The notes below the pieces were generated by a model that made no database searches, was not told the origin of the DNA, and saw only the letters and a program-made list of their open reading frames with translations. A program made the position numbers and the translations under genes. DNA of 64,000 nt from Thermoproteota archaeon. GTDB taxonomy: Archaea > Korarchaeota > Korarchaeia > Korarchaeales > Korarchaeaceae. The stretch covers positions 416,001-480,000 of the forward strand of contig JAOZGC010000002.1 of assembly GCA_027491915.1 (NCBI GenBank), in the 5' to 3' direction. Below are positions 37,621 to 46,855 of this stretch, one piece after another (position 1 is the stretch's first letter; the number at the start of each line of letters is the position of its first letter).

Positions 37621-39669
37621 GTGGGCGCCAGATCGATACCGGCGGTCATCCTCCTGGCGTGCCTGGCGGCCCCCGCGGCCCAGACCCTCCGGGCCGGCGG
37701 CCTGGGTCAGGGCGGCGAGGCCTGGACGGTTCCCCTCAGGAGGGTCAGCGCCGTCTCCTGGTCTCCGAACGGGTCCCTCCTGGCCGTGGGCGCCGGCGAC
37801 GCCGTCCTCATCTTGAACTCCTCCGGGTCTGTGGTCTCTGAGGCGGAGCTGGGCGGAGAGGTTCTGGACGTCTCCTGGATGCCCGGATCCGTCGTGGCGT
37901 CCACCGCGCGGGGTCTTTTCAGGGCCTACCCGGGGCCCGTCGAAGAGATCTTCTCCCTCTCCGGCGAGGCCGACGCGTCCATCTTGGAACCCTCGCCCGA
38001 CGGCGGCCTGATGGCGGCCGCCTGGGGGTGGTCCCGGGGGCTCGAGGAGGGGGGCGTCCTCGCCCTCGTCGATCCGTCGGGCGGCGTGGCGGCCAGGTTG
38101 GATCTCCCCTCCTCTCCGTCTGATCTGGACTGGAGGCCGGACGGATCGGCCCTGGCCGTCGGGACCGTCGGGGGGATCACCCTGGCGGTGTCCCGCTCCG
38201 GCGAGAGGCTCTGGATCACCGACGTGAGGTCGGCCAGGCCCTTCGCCAACACCGTCAGGTCGGTCGAGTGGGTCCCGAACGGGACCCTGCTGTCCGAGGG
38301 ACTGGGTCCCAGGTTCGTGGACTTCCTCAGGGCCGAGACCGGGGGGCTGGCGGGGTACTTCACGATCCCGGGGATGCCCGCTGGCATCGATTGGACCCAA
38401 GAGGGGGACCTGCTGTGCGCCGGCGCGGGGGACAGGATCGCCATAGTTTCCCGGTCTGGCGAGCAGATCTGGGTGTCCGACGCCTTCATATCTCCCCCCA
38501 AAGTGATCGGCTGGTCCCCAGACGGCGACTCCTGCCTGGCCATCTCCCAGAAGTGGGCCTTGGCCGTCTCCCGGGACGGGGAGACCCTCTGGTTTGCATC
38601 TCCGGGGGATAGGGTGGTGGACGCCGAGTGGGGTCCGGCCGGGGCGGCCGTGGCGCTGGCCTGGGAGTCAGGCGTGGGGGTGTTCGCAGCCCGCCCCCAG
38701 CGGATTGAGCTATCCGCCGACCCCCTGGTCCCGGCCGGGGAGACCGAGGTGGAGATCCGCCTCTTCAACCCGCTCCCTTGGTCGATCGACGCGCGCCTCG
38801 ACCTCTCCGTGGGGGGATCGGGGGCAGGATCCCTGGAGCTCGAGGCCTCCCCTGGATGGAACTCCTGGAACGCGACCCTGGATCTCCCGCCCGGGGAGGT
38901 GGAGGTGGGGGCGCTGGCCGAGACCCCCCTGGGCGCCGCGTCCGCCTCGACCCGGGTGTCGGCCTTCCTCCCCCCGGAGGTAAACCTCTCCGTCTCCGCC
39001 TCTCCCGGCGGGCCGGCCGAGGTTCGGGCCCTCATCCACAACCCGAACCCGTCCGGGGGAAACTGCTCAGCCTCCCTCCTGATCGACGGGGCGCCCCGGG
39101 ACGGGTGGTCCGGCCCGTGTCCCTACGGCTGGACAGAGGCCTCCTGGGAGGTTCCCCTGGACCCCGGAGCCCACGGGGTGGAGGTCTCCCTCGAGTTCCT
39201 CGGGGTGGAGGTGAGATCTGGGACGGTCGAGGTGAGACAGCCGGCCGACCGGGTGGAGGTCTCCATAGGGAGGCCCTCTGGGGTGTGGGGCGAGGTCTCG
39301 GTCCCCGTGAGGGCGTCCAACCCCTATGACGGCGAGGTGGACCTGACGCTGGAAGTTTGGGTCGACGGGGTCCTCGCCGCGTCCCGCAACCTGACCCTCC
39401 CTCCCAGGGGAGAGGAGACGCTGCGGGTGCCCCTCCCGGGTGGAGACCACGAGGTCTACTCGAGGGCCCTCTGGCTCGGGAGGGTCCTGGGGGAGGCCAG
39501 GGCCAGGGTCTCGGTCCTCCCCGCCTGGCTCCCCGTCGCGGCCGCCGGCGCGGCGGCAGCCCTGGCCCTGGCTCTCCTGATGAGGAGGATCAGGGGCGCC
39601 CGAGAGGACAGGCGGGAGGCCCTCTTCCGCATCCTCGCGGGATCCCCGGACGGGGGAGGGTCGAGGTAG
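37621..39669 (+). CDS. Cell-surface protein: WD40-like beta-propeller, about 3 Ig-like (CARDB-like) domains, C-terminal TM anchor
   Basis: Signal peptide; repeated W(S/R)PxG..LA blades; V.NP...DG Ig repeats; TM plus basic tail. Confidence 0.75.
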   Translation: MGARSIPAVILLACLAAPAAQTLRAGGLGQGGEAWTVPLRRVSAVSWSPNGSLLAVGAGDAVLILNSSGSVVSEAELGGEVLDVSWMPGSVVASTARGLFRAYPGPVEEIFSLSGEADASILEPSPDGGLMAAAWGWSRGLEEGGVLALVDPSGGVAARLDLPSSPSDLDWRPDGSALAVGTVGGITLAVSRSGERLWITDVRSARPFANTVRSVEWVPNGTLLSEGLGPRFVDFLRAETGGLAGYFTIPGMPAGIDWTQEGDLLCAGAGDRIAIVSRSGEQIWVSDAFISPPKVIGWSPDGDSCLAISQKWALAVSRDGETLWFASPGDRVVDAEWGPAGAAVALAWESGVGVFAARPQRIELSADPLVPAGETEVEIRLFNPLPWSIDARLDLSVGGSGAGSLELEASPGWNSWNATLDLPPGEVEVGALAETPLGAASASTRVSAFLPPEVNLSVSASPGGPAEVRALIHNPNPSGGNCSASLLIDGAPRDGWSGPCPYGWTEASWEVPLDPGAHGVEVSLEFLGVEVRSGTVEVRQPADRVEVSIGRPSGVWGEVSVPVRASNPYDGEVDLTLEVWVDGVLAASRNLTLPPRGEETLRVPLPGGDHEVYSRALWLGRVLGEARARVSVLPAWLPVAAAGAAAALALALLMRRIRGAREDRREALFRILAGSPDGGGSR

Positions 39670-39740
39670 CCGGGGTACCTGGGGGCGCGGGGGACCGAGG
39701 GATCTTTTTTTATGGTCGCCCCACCTCAAACCGGATCCGC

Positions 39741-41015
39741 TTGCCAAAGCTCCTCTTCCTGGTGCTGGACGGCGCCGCCGACAGGCCCGAGCCCGGATCC
39801 GAGACCCCCCTGGAGGTGGCGTCGAAGCCGGGGATTGACTCCATCGCCCGCAGGTCGAGGTGCGGCCTGATGTACGTGCTGGGCAGGGGGAGGGCCCCGG
39901 AGAGCGACGCCGCCGTGATGGCTCTCCTGGGTCACGACCCGGACGAGTACTACCCCGGCAGGGGGGCCGTAGAGGCCCTGGGGGCGGGGGTGGAGTTGGG
40001 AGAGGGAGACGTGGCCTTCAGGGCCAACTTCGCGACCGTGGACCCGCGGACCCTCAGGATAGTGGACAGGAGGGCCGGGAGGGACGTCTCCCCGGAGGAG
40101 GCCTCGGACCTGGCCGCGGCCCTGGACGGGCTGGAGCTGGACGGCGTGAGGGTCAGGGTCAGGCCCACGCTGGGCCACAGGGCCGTGGTGGTCTTCTCCC
40201 CGAGGTCCGGGAGGCTGTCGCCCTCGGTGGGCAACACAGATCCGGCCTACGTCAGGTCCGGCCGCATAAGCGTGGCCGTCCCCAAGCCGGGAGACTCCAT
40301 CGTGCCGTGCGAGCCCCTGTCCCGGGACCCGGCCGCCGAGGCGACGGCGGCAGCCGTGAACGAGTTCACCAGGAGGGCCGTCGAGATACTGGACTCCCAC
40401 CCGGTGAACAGGATCAGGAGGGATCGGGGGAGCCTCCCTGCGAACGCCATCCTCCTGAGGGACGCCGGCGGCGCCCCCAGGACGCTGAGCCCCATCTGGG
40501 GATCCCGGGGGCTGAGGTTCGGGGCCGTCGCGGAGATGCCGGTGGAGGTGGGGGTGGCCAGGCTGCTCGGGATGGAGGTGGCTCAGGTCCCGCCGCCGAC
40601 CGGGGACCTGAGGGCCGACGCCCCCTCCAGGCTGGAGGCGACGCTGAGGCTGCTGAACTCGGTCGACGGAGTCTACGTCCACCTCAAGGGGCCCGACGAG
40701 CCCGGCCACGACGGGAACTTCTCCAGGAAGGTGGCCGCCATAGAGGCCATAGACTCGGCCTTCGTCTCCCCCCTTCTGGGGGAGCTGGACCCCTCCGAGG
40801 TCGGCCTGGTGGTGACGTCCGACCACGCCACCCCCTGGCGGCTGAGGAGCCACAGCGACGACCCGGTCCCCGTCGCCCTCACCGCTCCCGGATCCGGCGG
40901 GGACGGGGTGGACTCGTTCGACGAGGTCTGCTGCGGCCGGGGATCTCTGGGGGTGATTGACCACGCCCGGCGCCTCCTGCCGGAGGCGCTCGATGAGATC
41001 TTCGGGCCGGCGTGA
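39741..41015 (+). CDS. apgM: Archaeal 2,3-BPG-independent phosphoglycerate mutase
   Basis: LDGAAD, PESD, GRGAVEA.G, FRANFAT, HLKGPDEPGHDG, SDHATP, HSDDPVP. Confidence 0.9.
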   Translation: MPKLLFLVLDGAADRPEPGSETPLEVASKPGIDSIARRSRCGLMYVLGRGRAPESDAAVMALLGHDPDEYYPGRGAVEALGAGVELGEGDVAFRANFATVDPRTLRIVDRRAGRDVSPEEASDLAAALDGLELDGVRVRVRPTLGHRAVVVFSPRSGRLSPSVGNTDPAYVRSGRISVAVPKPGDSIVPCEPLSRDPAAEATAAAVNEFTRRAVEILDSHPVNRIRRDRGSLPANAILLRDAGGAPRTLSPIWGSRGLRFGAVAEMPVEVGVARLLGMEVAQVPPPTGDLRADAPSRLEATLRLLNSVDGVYVHLKGPDEPGHDGNFSRKVAAIEAIDSAFVSPLLGELDPSEVGLVVTSDHATPWRLRSHSDDPVPVALTAPGSGGDGVDSFDEVCCGRGSLGVIDHARRLLPEALDEIFGPA

Positions 41016-41965
41016 TCCGGAAAACCTTTTTCCGGTCGATCCCGCCGGGGCCGGGCGAGAACTTGGGGTTCGAGCGAGAGCGAAAGGAAGAGGGAGGGCC
41101 CGGGGAACCGTATGGGAGGCTCGCGTCCGAGGCCAGGGACGTGCACGCCGAGAGGCCGGCCAGGCCGCTGGGCCTCGACAGGGTCGGCTCGATCGGGGTG
41201 AGGGTTCCCCTGAGGGTCCCGGAGGGGATGATAGTCCCGGCGGAGGTGGACCTGCTCGTGGACCTCCCCCCAGGGAGGAGGGGAGTCGACCTCTCGAGGC
41301 AGGTGCTCGCCCTGCTGGAGGCCTCGGCCGGGGCCTCGGGGGGTCTGGACCTGGCGCGCCGGGCCGCCGAGGCCGCGTCCTCCAGGCTCCCCTACGCGAG
41401 GTCCGTGGAAGTCCGGGTGAGGTACTCGGGCCTCATCCCCAGGGGGCCGAACTCCTCGCCCGAGCCCTACTGGGCCGAGGCCGCCGTCCTGTCCCGCGCG
41501 GGGTCCAGGCGCGAGGAGCTCTCGGTCACCGTCCTGGGGACGACGGCCTGCCCCTGCACGCAGGAGCTGCTGCGCGCCCTGGCCGAGATGAGGGGGATGC
41601 CGCCCGGCGTCCCGGCGCCGACCCACACCCAGAGGGCCTCGGCCACCCTGACGGTCTCCTCCCGGGACGTCTCAGGGATCGGCGAGGGGGATCTGGTGGG
41701 GGTCCTCGAGCGGGGCCTGAGCTCCCCGGTCAGGTCGGCCCTTAAGAGGCCCCAGGAGGCCAGGCTCGTCGAGTCCATGCTGGAGAACCCGAGGCTGGTC
41801 GAGGACGCCGCGAGGGAGATCATGTGGCTGGCGGCCGATCTCCCCCTGCCGGAGGACGCGGAGATCAGGGTCTCGGTCAGGACCCAGGAGAGCGTCCACG
41901 GTCACGACCTGCTGGCCGAGGGGAGGGCCACCGTGGCGGACGTCAGGGCCGCCTCCGGGGCCTGA
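41012..41965 (+). CDS. mptA: GTP cyclohydrolase MptA/FolE2 family
   Basis: DV...P...LDRVG, VDLP..RRG, TACPC, THTQR, LKRPQE, NPRLVED..R, ESVHGHD; start may be TTG 41063. Confidence 0.88.
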   Translation: MIRKTFFRSIPPGPGENLGFERERKEEGGPGEPYGRLASEARDVHAERPARPLGLDRVGSIGVRVPLRVPEGMIVPAEVDLLVDLPPGRRGVDLSRQVLALLEASAGASGGLDLARRAAEAASSRLPYARSVEVRVRYSGLIPRGPNSSPEPYWAEAAVLSRAGSRREELSVTVLGTTACPCTQELLRALAEMRGMPPGVPAPTHTQRASATLTVSSRDVSGIGEGDLVGVLERGLSSPVRSALKRPQEARLVESMLENPRLVEDAAREIMWLAADLPLPEDAEIRVSVRTQESVHGHDLLAEGRATVADVRAASGA

Positions 41966-42719
41966 GGGCTCCGGCCACCGCGCACTCCCCCCAGGGGACG
42001 CTCAGGTCCCCCACGGATCCGGGCCCCAGGGCGTCCATCCCGCGCACCAGGGCCGCGGGCACGCCCTCTCCCCCCTCGCCGATCACCAGGTGGGCGGCGG
42101 ACGCCAGGGAGTCGAGCAGGTCCAGTTGGGTGATCCCTATCCTCCTCCCGAAGAGGTCGGTCCTCCCCCTGAGATCCAGCAGGGGCCTGACTCCCCAGGA
42201 ACCTATTGCCACGGACACGGTCCCCCTCCTGAGGGGCAGCAGGTAGCTGTCCGCCACCACCACCCCGACCCTGACCCCCTCCGCCCCCTCGATCCCCCGG
42301 GCCACCCTCCTGGCCGATCCGTCCGGGTCCTCGGGCCAGAGGGAGGCCATCCCGGCCGGGGCGTTCTTGAGGTCCACCCCGGCGTTCGGGACCATGATCC
42401 CCCGCTTTAGGGTCAGGATGGCCCACCTTACAGCCCCCAAAACCTCGTCCGCCTCGTCCAGCACCAGCTGGCAGAATTCAGGGGCCAGCCCAGTCTCGAC
42501 GGCTAGGTCCCGGGCCCGACCGCCCGGCCTCACCTCCGAGAGGTCGGCGTACCTCCCCTCCACGGCCGACACCGCCTTTGAGGACACCACCACCACATCC
42601 CCGACCTCGACGGGTCTGCCCGATCTCCTGGCGGCGGAGGCGACGGCGGCCGCCAGGTCGTCGCCGGGTCCGAGGATCCCCGTCCTGAGCGGGATCACCT
42701 CCACCGCCCCTCTCGCCAA
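41943..42719 (-). CDS. cofE: CofE-family gamma-glutamyl ligase (candidate folylpolyglutamate synthase, FolC2-like)
   Basis: GDVVVVSSKAVS..EGR, PNAGVD..N, P.DPD.SA, V.DS..PLRRG, DLFGR, GEG.EG.P..LVRG. Confidence 0.88.
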   Translation of the reverse strand: MARGAVEVIPLRTGILGPGDDLAAAVASAARRSGRPVEVGDVVVVSSKAVSAVEGRYADLSEVRPGGRARDLAVETGLAPEFCQLVLDEADEVLGAVRWAILTLKRGIMVPNAGVDLKNAPAGMASLWPEDPDGSARRVARGIEGAEGVRVGVVVADSYLLPLRRGTVSVAIGSWGVRPLLDLRGRTDLFGRRIGITQLDLLDSLASAAHLVIGEGGEGVPAALVRGMDALGPGSVGDLSVPWGECAVAGALRPRRRP

Positions 42720-43468
42720 ATCGAGATCGCCTCCCACAGGGAGCCGACCCTCTCCACCCCGGGGATCTCCCTCCCCCACCCGGTGAGCGTGGCGACCCTG
42801 ACCTCCGCTGCCAGGTCGGCGAGCAGCCTCGCGGCGACCTCGAGCTTCAGGAACTTCCTCCCGAGGTCCTTCCCAGACTCCTCGTCGTGTCGACTCACCC
42901 CGGCCAGGTCCATGCCGGCCAGGATGATCCCGTCCGCCCCGGCGGCGGCCGCCAGGTGGGCGGCCCTGTCCCCGTCCGTGAACCCGCCGAAGTTCCTGAC
43001 CCCGCCGACCGGCGCCGCCTGGGTCGTCCCGAGGCACGGCGCCAGCCTGGGCACGAGGGACCTGAGCCTCCCCAGGTTGTCCCCGTGGGCGTGGACCACC
43101 AGGATGGAACCGGCCCTCCCGGCCGCCTCCAGGATATCGGGATCTCCGTCCAGGTCTGTGACGACCACCTCCGGCACCAGCCCGGCCCTCAGGGCCTCGG
43201 CGGCGGCCCCGTCGGCGGCCACCACGGGCACCCCCCCGCCCACCACCCCCCTGCCCAGGTCCCTCCCGGCCGAGGGGCCGTTCCCGAGGACGACGACGGG
43301 CCCCCCGCCCAGCCTCTCCTCGACCTCCCCGGGGTCCACCCGACCGTGCTCCTCCAGGAGATCGTCCAGCGCCTCGGCCGCGGCCGCGTCCGCGGCCGGG
43401 TCGAGCCCGAGGAGGTCCGCTATCCACCGGTAGGTCGGGAGCCACCGGCCTAGATCCGCGTCCATCAT
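42695..43468 (-). CDS. mptE: 6-hydroxymethyl-7,8-dihydropterin pyrophosphokinase (DUF115)
   Basis: G.GPS, AADGA, VTDLDG, VHAHGDN, GTTQ, NFGGFTDGDRA, K..KL. Confidence 0.9.
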   Translation of the reverse strand: MMDADLGRWLPTYRWIADLLGLDPAADAAAAEALDDLLEEHGRVDPGEVEERLGGGPVVVLGNGPSAGRDLGRGVVGGGVPVVAADGAAAEALRAGLVPEVVVTDLDGDPDILEAAGRAGSILVVHAHGDNLGRLRSLVPRLAPCLGTTQAAPVGGVRNFGGFTDGDRAAHLAAAAGADGIILAGMDLAGVSRHDEESGKDLGRKFLKLEVAARLLADLAAEVRVATLTGWGREIPGVERVGSLWEAISIWREGRWR

Positions 43469-43520
43469 CGCCCCGCCGCGGCCCGGAAGGAATATATCAG
43501 TCTCGTCGCCGGATCGCCGG

Positions 43521-44753
43521 ATGTCAGAGTCCTCCCTTGGGGGCCTTAAGGTGGGATGGGGCTACCCCGTGCGCGTCTTCGCCGTCGTTAACCTAAGTCC
43601 CGAGTCCTTCTACAGGGGATCCGTGGCCAGAGACCTCGACTCCCTGATGGAGATGGTGGAGTCTGCCGTGGAGGCGGGGGCCGACGCCGTGGACGTGGGG
43701 GGAATGTCGTCGGCCCCGTACGTGGACGGGTGGGTCCCCGCCGAGGAGGAGACCAGGAGGGTGATCCCGGCCGTCAGGTCGATATCGGGCTCCTTCGACG
43801 TCCCGGTGATAGTGGACACGTGGAGGTCGGAGGTCGCCGAGGCGGCCCTTGGGGCGGGCGCAGCGGCTGTGAACGACGTCACCGGTCTTAGGGGGGACGA
43901 GCGGATGGCCGACCTGATAGCCGAGAGCGGGGCCTCCGCCGTCCTGTGCGCCAGCGGCCCGGTGGTGGACCCCTCCGACCCGATCCTGGAGGTCAGGAGG
44001 CTCCTGAGGGAGAGCCTCTCCGTTGCCAGGGGGGCAGGGATCGACCCGGAGAGGATCCTGATAGACCCGGCGATAGGCTTCTTCAGGGATGCCGGCGTCC
44101 CCTGGTACGAGTGGGACGCTAAGATCCTGGCCGGCCTGAGGCGGCTCTCGATACTTGAGAGGCCCGTGGAGGTGGGCGTGTCAAGGAAGTCCTTCATAGG
44201 CGAGATAGCCGGCGCGCCCACCCCGGAGGGGAGGCTCCCAGGGTCCCTGGCCGCGGCGGCGGCCGCCGTGATTAACGGGGCCTCGGCCGTTAGGACCCAC
44301 GATCCGGCCGAGACGGTCCAGGCTGTCAGGGTGGCCGAGGCGATTAGGGATCCCCCAAGGGAGTGCTCCTACGGCCTGGTCTCGTGCTCCGAGCTTGTGG
44401 GACTCACCGCGGACGACGCGATGGAGCTCATGGGGGAGATGGGGGTCCACCCGGTCGGCTCCAGGATAATGGCGCGAAAGTCCACGTTCAGGCTCCTCCT
44501 CCTTAGGAACGTGGCCGCCCCGGTGGCCAGCGTGGTCAAGCAGGAGATGCTCGCCTCCGGGGGTGACTGCGCCACCCCCACGCAGACCATCGTGTCGGGG
44601 AGTGGGGGAAGGGTTCGGATCCTGATCATGGGCACCGACGCCCAGATCTCGAGGCTGATCTCGAAGCTCAAGGCCGACGTGAGCCACGGGATGGGTCTCA
44701 GGTCCGACTTCGAGGACGTTCTCATGGTGATATCCGAGATCCTCGGCGGGTGA
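43521..44753 (+). CDS. folP: Dihydropteroate synthase with a C-terminal ~130-aa dihydropteroate-reductase-like domain
   Basis: VNLSPESF, DVGG.S, VDT, VNDV, DP.IGF, GVSRKSF, VRTHD; tail MG.....IM..K...KQEMLASGGDCATP...LIMGT..Q..RLI.KL. Confidence 0.9.
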   Translation: MSESSLGGLKVGWGYPVRVFAVVNLSPESFYRGSVARDLDSLMEMVESAVEAGADAVDVGGMSSAPYVDGWVPAEEETRRVIPAVRSISGSFDVPVIVDTWRSEVAEAALGAGAAAVNDVTGLRGDERMADLIAESGASAVLCASGPVVDPSDPILEVRRLLRESLSVARGAGIDPERILIDPAIGFFRDAGVPWYEWDAKILAGLRRLSILERPVEVGVSRKSFIGEIAGAPTPEGRLPGSLAAAAAAVINGASAVRTHDPAETVQAVRVAEAIRDPPRECSYGLVSCSELVGLTADDAMELMGEMGVHPVGSRIMARKSTFRLLLLRNVAAPVASVVKQEMLASGGDCATPTQTIVSGSGGRVRILIMGTDAQISRLISKLKADVSHGMGLRSDFEDVLMVISEILGG

Positions 44754-45603
44754 GCCCGGGGGCGGACGCCGCGGCGGCCCCGGCCAGTATGAGGGCGACT
44801 CCCGCCAGCCTGCGCCCGGACGGCGGCTCCCCCAGGATCAGGATCCCGAGGACCGCGGCCGTGGCCGGCTCCAGCGTGGATATGACGCCCGCCCTGGAGG
44901 CCTCGATCCTCCTGAGCCCCTCGGCCTGGAGGACATAGGCCAGGGCCGCCGTGGCGAGGCCCATGTACGCGCCCGGGAGGACCGAGCAGGTCGGCGGGAG
45001 ACCCGGCTCGACCGCCGCGGCCTCCAGGGCGGCCCACGGGAGGGGGCCCAGGCCGACCTCCAGGGGGCTGAGCCCCGCCCTGTCCACCAGGTACCTGGAG
45101 GCGGCGATCACGCCGGCGTAGGCCAGGCCGGACCCGAGACCCAGCGCGAGCCCCCGGGCCGAGAGCCCTTCCCCCGGGCCGGACCTGATGGTCGCCACAC
45201 CGGCCAGGGCCAGGATCACGGCCGCGGCCTTGGCCCGGGTGAGCTCCTCCCCCAGGAAGATCTTCCCCAGGATGGGGACCATCGCCGGGGCCGTGTAAAG
45301 CAGGGCGGCCGCCGTCCCGGCGTCGGACGCTTCCACGGCCCCCAGGTAGAGCAGGTAGAGGGGGCCGGAGAGCGCGAGTCCGTAGAGGATCACCCTGGGG
45401 TCGGGCGGCCTCCTGACGATCATGTAGTACGCCAGGCTGGCGGCCGAGCCGAAGGCGGCCCTTAGGAAGGCCCACCGCGCGGGAGAGACGCCGCACGATG
45501 AGAAGGCCCTCTCCACGATCCCGAGGGTCCCCCATATCAGGGCCGCGGCCGCGACGAAGGCGGCCCCGCCGACCTCATCCCCATCTGATACACCTGCCCT
45601 CAC
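44722..45603 (-). CDS. EamA/DMT family transporter
   Basis: About 10 TMs; LLYTAP...FLGE, STLEP..A..LG..ILGE. Confidence 0.88.
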   Translation of the reverse strand: MRAGVSDGDEVGGAAFVAAAALIWGTLGIVERAFSSCGVSPARWAFLRAAFGSAASLAYYMIVRRPPDPRVILYGLALSGPLYLLYLGAVEASDAGTAAALLYTAPAMVPILGKIFLGEELTRAKAAAVILALAGVATIRSGPGEGLSARGLALGLGSGLAYAGVIAASRYLVDRAGLSPLEVGLGPLPWAALEAAAVEPGLPPTCSVLPGAYMGLATAALAYVLQAEGLRRIEASRAGVISTLEPATAAVLGILILGEPPSGRRLAGVALILAGAAAASAPGLTRRGSRISP

Positions 45604-45689
45604 CCCTGGTCCCCCCGGCCGCCGCGGTCCGCCGATCCGCGTCCGCCGCGGCCTCCCTACTTTTAAAACGCCCCGGGGCCCGTCCCCGG

Positions 45690-46445
45690 ATGCCGTCCGT
45701 CAGGACTGTTCCCGCCCTCGCCCTCGCGGCGGCCTTCGCCGCGGCGCTCGCCCTGGGGGCCGCCGGGGCGCTGGACCCCCAGTCCGCCCTGATCTCCGGG
45801 GCCCTGCTCCCGGCGGCCATGTGGGTGATGTACGTTCGGGGGTGGGACTACAGGGAGCCGGAGCCCTGGTCCCTCATAGCCTTGGCCTTCGTCGTCGGGA
45901 TGGCCTCGGTCCTGCCGGCGCTGCTCGGGGAGGCGCTCCTGGAGACGGGGGACGACCTCCTGGACGCCTCCGTCGTGGCCCCCCTAGTGGAGGAGGCCTC
46001 GAAGCCCCTGGGACTCTACGTCCTCTGGAGGAGCGTGGAGCTGGACGACGAGTTGGACGCCGTGTTCTACGCCGTCACCAGCGGCATGGGGTTCGCCTTC
46101 GTGGAGAACGTCCTTTACGAGATCGCCCCCCTCTCGACCGGGTACGGGGAGTGGGCCCTGGTGTCGGCCGCGAGGGGGACCGCCTCCATGGTGGGGCACG
46201 CCTGCTACACCTCCCTGACGGGCCTGGGCCTCGCCGCCGCCAGGTTCGGCCGGGGGTGGGGGGGCTTCCTCCCCCCCTACCTGCTCGCGGTCGCGCTGCA
46301 CGGGGCGGGAAACGCCCTGCTGATACTCTCAGGCGGAGACGGATCTCCCCTCCTCCTGGCGCTCGCCCTCCTGGCGGAGCCCCTGATCGAGCTGCTGATA
46401 CTCAGGTGGGTCTTCTCGCGCGTCAGCTCCCCGGGGGGTGGGTAG
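45690..46445 (+). CDS. PrsW-family intramembrane glutamic protease
   Basis: D..EPEP, APLVEEASK, GFAFVEN, R....GHA, LHG..N. Confidence 0.88.
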   Translation: MPSVRTVPALALAAAFAAALALGAAGALDPQSALISGALLPAAMWVMYVRGWDYREPEPWSLIALAFVVGMASVLPALLGEALLETGDDLLDASVVAPLVEEASKPLGLYVLWRSVELDDELDAVFYAVTSGMGFAFVENVLYEIAPLSTGYGEWALVSAARGTASMVGHACYTSLTGLGLAAARFGRGWGGFLPPYLLAVALHGAGNALLILSGGDGSPLLLALALLAEPLIELLILRWVFSRVSSPGGG

Positions 46446-46824
46446 CCTGGCGTCTAGACTGAGCGACGATCTCAAGGCGAGGATCGTGGAGCTGATACTG
46501 GAGTCCAGGCTGAGGGAGGCGCTGGCCGAGCTGTCCGAGGCGATGGGCGTGCCGGAGCCGAGGTTCAGGGTCGGCCACGTCAAGGGTCACTCCTCGGCCC
46601 TGGCGGTGTACGTGCCCTCGAGGGAGACCATCTTCTTCTCCAGCGGGGAGGCCATGAGGGACCCCCTCGTCGTGCTGCACGAATTTTACCACCACGCCAG
46701 GATGTTCGCCGGGAGGCACCGCGGGACCGAGAGGCACGCCGACGAGTTCGCGGCCGACTTCGTGAGGGCGTACCTGAGGAGGTCCCGGGGATCGCGCTCC
46801 GATGGGGGACCCGGGAGGCCCTGA
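46438..46824 (+). CDS. Small zincin-like HEXXH protein
   Basis: VVLHEFYHH...E..AD.FA; overlaps prsW. Confidence 0.7.
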   Translation: MGSLASRLSDDLKARIVELILESRLREALAELSEAMGVPEPRFRVGHVKGHSSALAVYVPSRETIFFSSGEAMRDPLVVLHEFYHHARMFAGRHRGTERHADEFAADFVRAYLRRSRGSRSDGGPGRP

Positions 46825-46855
46825 TTTATATCGCCGGCGGCCCGCCCCACGGGAG

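Noticed and set aside
41943-42719. cofE/mpt genes as evidence for F420 synthesis or methanogenesis
   Set aside because: No other cof, mptG or methanogenesis genes in the window; the context with a bacterial-type folP favours folate.
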